NCBI GenBank assembly: GCA_026005055.1
Contig: BPKI01000001.1
Location: 2,371,608-2,435,607 of the forward strand
DNA length: 64,000 nucleotides
Reading direction: 5' to 3'
Origin: Lysobacterales bacterium
GTDB taxonomy: Bacteria; Pseudomonadota; Gammaproteobacteria; Xanthomonadales; BPKI01
This document shows, piece by piece, positions 61,532-64,000 of the stretch (its first letter is position 1; the number at the start of each line of letters is the position of its first letter). The notes under the pieces were generated by a model. That model did no database searches, had not been told where the DNA came from, and saw nothing but the letters and a program-made list of their open reading frames with translations. The position numbers were made by a program, and so were the translations under genes.

Positions 61532-62149
61532 GTGAAGATGTCGCTCATGCCCCGCCCGCTTCCTCCCGCTGATCCCGACCGTCTGATCGCCCCCGGCACC
61601 GTTCCCCGCCGCGGTGTCGCTGGCGATGCCAATGCGCTTTGGCGCTACGAGCGGCACCGCCGCCGTGCACTCCTCGCTCCACCGGGTCCGCATCCGGTGG
61701 TTTTGGTCCTCGATCGGCTGCGCCCGGACTACAATGTCGCCAAGATTTACCGCTCCGCGCATGCTTTTGGCGTACGGGAGGTCCACCAAATCGCCATCGG
61801 CCCCTTCGACCCGGCGCCGGCGAAAGGCGGCTTCAAGCATGTGCCGAGCCGCTATTGGGAGGATTTCGCCTCCTGCCATGCGGCGCTCGCGGCCGAGGGA
61901 TTCCAATTGTTTCTTCTCGATTCCGCCGGCGAAACGCCCTTGCCTGCCGCGAGGCTGCCCGAGCGGACCGCCTTCGTGCTCGGCCACGAGCTGAAAGGCT
62001 TGAGCGAAGAGGCGCGCGCGAGTGGCCTCATGCGCCTTCGCATCCCGCAGTTCGGACCGCTCGACAGCATCAACGTCACGGTGGCCGCCTCGATCGCGCT
62101 TTACGAATGGCTGCGCCAGCACCGTTTCGCGGGCGTCAACGGGCCTTGA
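61532..62149 (+). CDS. SpoU/TrmH-family RNA 2'-O-methyltransferase
   Basis: YNVAKIYRSAHAFGV.., FVLGHELKGLSEE, and IPQFGPLDSINVTVAASIALYEW, which are SPOUT motifs. The start is GTG 61532 or ATG 61538. Confidence 0.75.
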   Translation: MKMSLMPRPLPPADPDRLIAPGTVPRRGVAGDANALWRYERHRRRALLAPPGPHPVVLVLDRLRPDYNVAKIYRSAHAFGVREVHQIAIGPFDPAPAKGGFKHVPSRYWEDFASCHAALAAEGFQLFLLDSAGETPLPAARLPERTAFVLGHELKGLSEEARASGLMRLRIPQFGPLDSINVTVAASIALYEWLRQHRFAGVNGP

Positions 62150-62240
62150 CCCGCAGGTCACAGGGCATTCACCAGCGCGCTTTCACAATGACGGGGCTTG
62201 CTCCGAGCGAGCGTCCCTCCACCCACGAAAGGAGACGTCC

Positions 62241-62864
62241 ATGCGAATCCATGCCCTGAGTCTTTCGATTCTCACAGCGCTCGCCGGCGCTTCGCTCGCC
62301 ACGCCAGCGGAGGCCCGCGAGGGTAGCTTCGCCGTCCGCGCCGGCTTCCACAACGTCGATCCCAAGTCCAACACGGGCACGATCGCGAACGGCACCATCC
62401 GCACGTCCATCGACAGCGATGCGGCTTTCGACCTCGGCTTCGGTTATTTCTTCACCGACAACCTGGCGGTGGATCTCTCGATCGCCGGCCAGCGCTACAA
62501 GCACACCGTGAGCGCCAATGGCACGGACGCGCTCGACATCCGGCACCGCCCGGTGATCCTCACCGGCCAGTGGCACTTCGGCACCGAGGGCTTTTCGCCC
62601 TTCATCGCAGCCGGCTATCACTGGACTTCGGTGGGCAAGGAGCGTCCCTTCGGACCGCTTGCGAATGCTCGAGTCAACGTCGGCAACGGCGATGGCTTCG
62701 TCATCGGCGGCGGCTTCGACGTGGAGCTCAACGAAACCTTGTTTGCCCGCATCGATGCCCACTATCTCGATTGGAAGAGCAACGTCTCGGTCAACGGCGC
62801 GGGTGTGGGCCGCGTGAAGGTGAACCCCTGGATGCTCGGTGTGAGCATCGGCGCGAAGTTCTGA
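62241..62864 (+). CDS. ompW: OmpW-family outer membrane protein
   Basis: Signal peptide MRIHALSLSILTALAGASLATPAEA, FAVRAGFHNVDPKSN.., and a C-terminus ending VSIGAKF. An AGGAG Shine-Dalgarno precedes ATG 62241. Confidence 0.85.
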   Translation: MRIHALSLSILTALAGASLATPAEAREGSFAVRAGFHNVDPKSNTGTIANGTIRTSIDSDAAFDLGFGYFFTDNLAVDLSIAGQRYKHTVSANGTDALDIRHRPVILTGQWHFGTEGFSPFIAAGYHWTSVGKERPFGPLANARVNVGNGDGFVIGGGFDVELNETLFARIDAHYLDWKSNVSVNGAGVGRVKVNPWMLGVSIGAKF

Positions 62865-62885
62865 TCGCGTGGTCTTGAGGACGTG

Positions 62886-62910
62886 AAAGGGCCGCCGCGC
62901 GCGGCCCTTT
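62886..62910. terminator. GC-rich hairpin between the convergent genes ompW and 63092-64000, possibly a bidirectional intrinsic terminator
   Basis: aaagggccgc (62886-62895) pairs perfectly with gcggcccttt (62901-62910) across the 5-nt loop cgcgc. The A-run and T-run flanks form part of the stem. Confidence 0.55.
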
Positions 62911-63091
62911 CTCTCCCGGAGCGAGCTCTCCCCCAAGGCACAGGGCAGACGACCGACCCACCCTGAAACCCCTCGCCATCACCACCCACGCGGCAACGGC
63001 CAAGTCACACGACGATCAGCCGACCGAGGCCCCCAAAAGCCCAACCACCCCTCGGCCGCCGCAACGCTCGCGCAGAAAACCCCGCCGCTCC

Positions 63092-64000
63092 TCAGACCGA
63101 CGCCAGCCCCCGCCGCATCCCCCACCGGCCCAGACCCACCAAGCCCGCCAGCAACACCAACAAACCGAAGGGACCCAGCATCGGAATCGAACGCGGCGGC
63201 GGCAATAGCCCCGTCACCACCAACTGCGCCGTATCGCACGCCTCGCTCACGCACACCCGATAGACCACCACGCAGGTCGCCAACGCCGGCACATTGAAGG
63301 TCGCCACCCCGCTCGTCGCACCGATGCTCGCCCCGCTACAGGTCGTCCCTGTCTGCAGGCTGTACGTCGCCCCCGCAGGCGGCGAGGACGCGCCCAACTG
63401 ATCGTTCGCCCCCACATCGAAGGTCGCACCGATGATGCCCCCCGGCAAACTCACCGCATCGTCCAAGGCATCCACCAGCGGCACCGTGGCGCTCGTGAGC
63501 GTGTTGTTGTTCGTGTTCGGATCGCTGGTGACCGAGCCGGCCGTGAAAGTGAAGACAGCACCTGTCTGCGGCGTATCCGAGCCCCCAGCAGTACCCGGCG
63601 CGGTGTACGTGAACATGCAGTCGATGATCCCCCCCGCCGGCCTGGGGCTCGTCGTCGGCACCGACGGCGTACACGAGACACCACTCACGCTCCCCGCCGA
63701 CACTGATACCCCGCAGGTGGCCTGGCTCGCTGGGTCCGGTCCGAGGTTCACGCAGCGGAACAACAGGCTGTAGCTCCCCCCGGGTTCCAGGACGGCAGGC
63801 ACCATGCCGCCGAGAGCCCTCATGTCGGCCAGAAGACCCAGCGCCTCGAAAGACCCGATGTCGCACACCGGCACCCCGTTGCCGTCCCCGTCCTGGGGCC
63901 GAGGGATCCCGTTCTGGGATTGGTTGCTCACCGGCGCGGCCTGGCAGGTCGTCGGATCGCCCGCATCCCGCGCCGGGCTTCCCAGCTGCAGCGGGTAGTA
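63092..64000 (-). CDS. Surface protein fragment with an IPTL-CTERM-like sorting tail. The 5' end runs off the right edge of the window.
   Basis: The frame stays open from 63931 to 64000 (..YYPLQLGSPARDAGDPTTCQAAPVSNQ..) and there is no signal peptide at the track start. The C-terminus is RSIPMLGPFGLLVLLAGLVGLGRWGMRRG. It shares a GGIIDCMF / GQIIDCTF module with 6279-7610. Confidence 0.65.
   Translation of the reverse strand, partial: YYPLQLGSPARDAGDPTTCQAAPVSNQSQNGIPRPQDGDGNGVPVCDIGSFEALGLLADMRALGGMVPAVLEPGGSYSLLFRCVNLGPDPASQATCGVSVSAGSVSGVSCTPSVPTTSPRPAGGIIDCMFTYTAPGTAGGSDTPQTGAVFTFTAGSVTSDPNTNNNTLTSATVPLVDALDDAVSLPGGIIGATFDVGANDQLGASSPPAGATYSLQTGTTCSGASIGATSGVATFNVPALATCVVVYRVCVSEACDTAQLVVTGLLPPPRSIPMLGPFGLLVLLAGLVGLGRWGMRRGLASV

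Overview
The window looks like a chromosomal segment from a high-GC Gammaproteobacterium. My hand counts of individual 60-nt lines give about 65-70% G+C in core genes. Gene order resembles Pseudomonas/Xanthomonas. About 60 genes are supportable, most of them housekeeping. They include prpBC, bamD, coaE, cysD/cysNC and cysJIH, amgK-murU, hda, purMN and murA. A long kdsD-kdsC-lptCAB-rpoN-hpf-ptsN-hprK-rapZ-EIIA(Man)-HPr block is also present, plus ptsI, mscL and ompW. I found no rRNA, tRNA, CRISPR array, transposase or integrase. Because the DNA is GC-rich, the ORF track is full of long spurious antisense or out-of-frame ORFs. I called genes by recognisable protein motifs, and refined starts using Shine-Dalgarno context and the 4-nt ATGA/GTGA overlaps common here. 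Four regions deserve a second look. (1) At 1.5-6.1 kb, two HtpX-like M48 peptidase genes and two genes for membrane-anchored proteins with a TolB-N-like domain are arranged as nested pairs. The inner pair has much lower GC, and a Hanks Ser/Thr kinase lies next to the cluster. (2) At 18.3-20.1 kb, an ABC-type ATPase gene and a Toprim-like (DUF4276-like) gene sit exactly between cysD and cysNC, tightly coupled to both. (3) At 6.3-9.0 kb, three secreted proteins look like a cohesin-like/dockerin-like set, one of them carrying an IPTL-CTERM-like anchor. (4) Two paralogous beta-propeller/Y_Y_Y sensors have opposite predicted c-di-GMP outputs, and one of them, together with its response regulator and a TonB-dependent receptor, splits the ptsH-ptsI pair. 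All functional assignments rest on motif recognition by eye; no database search was run.
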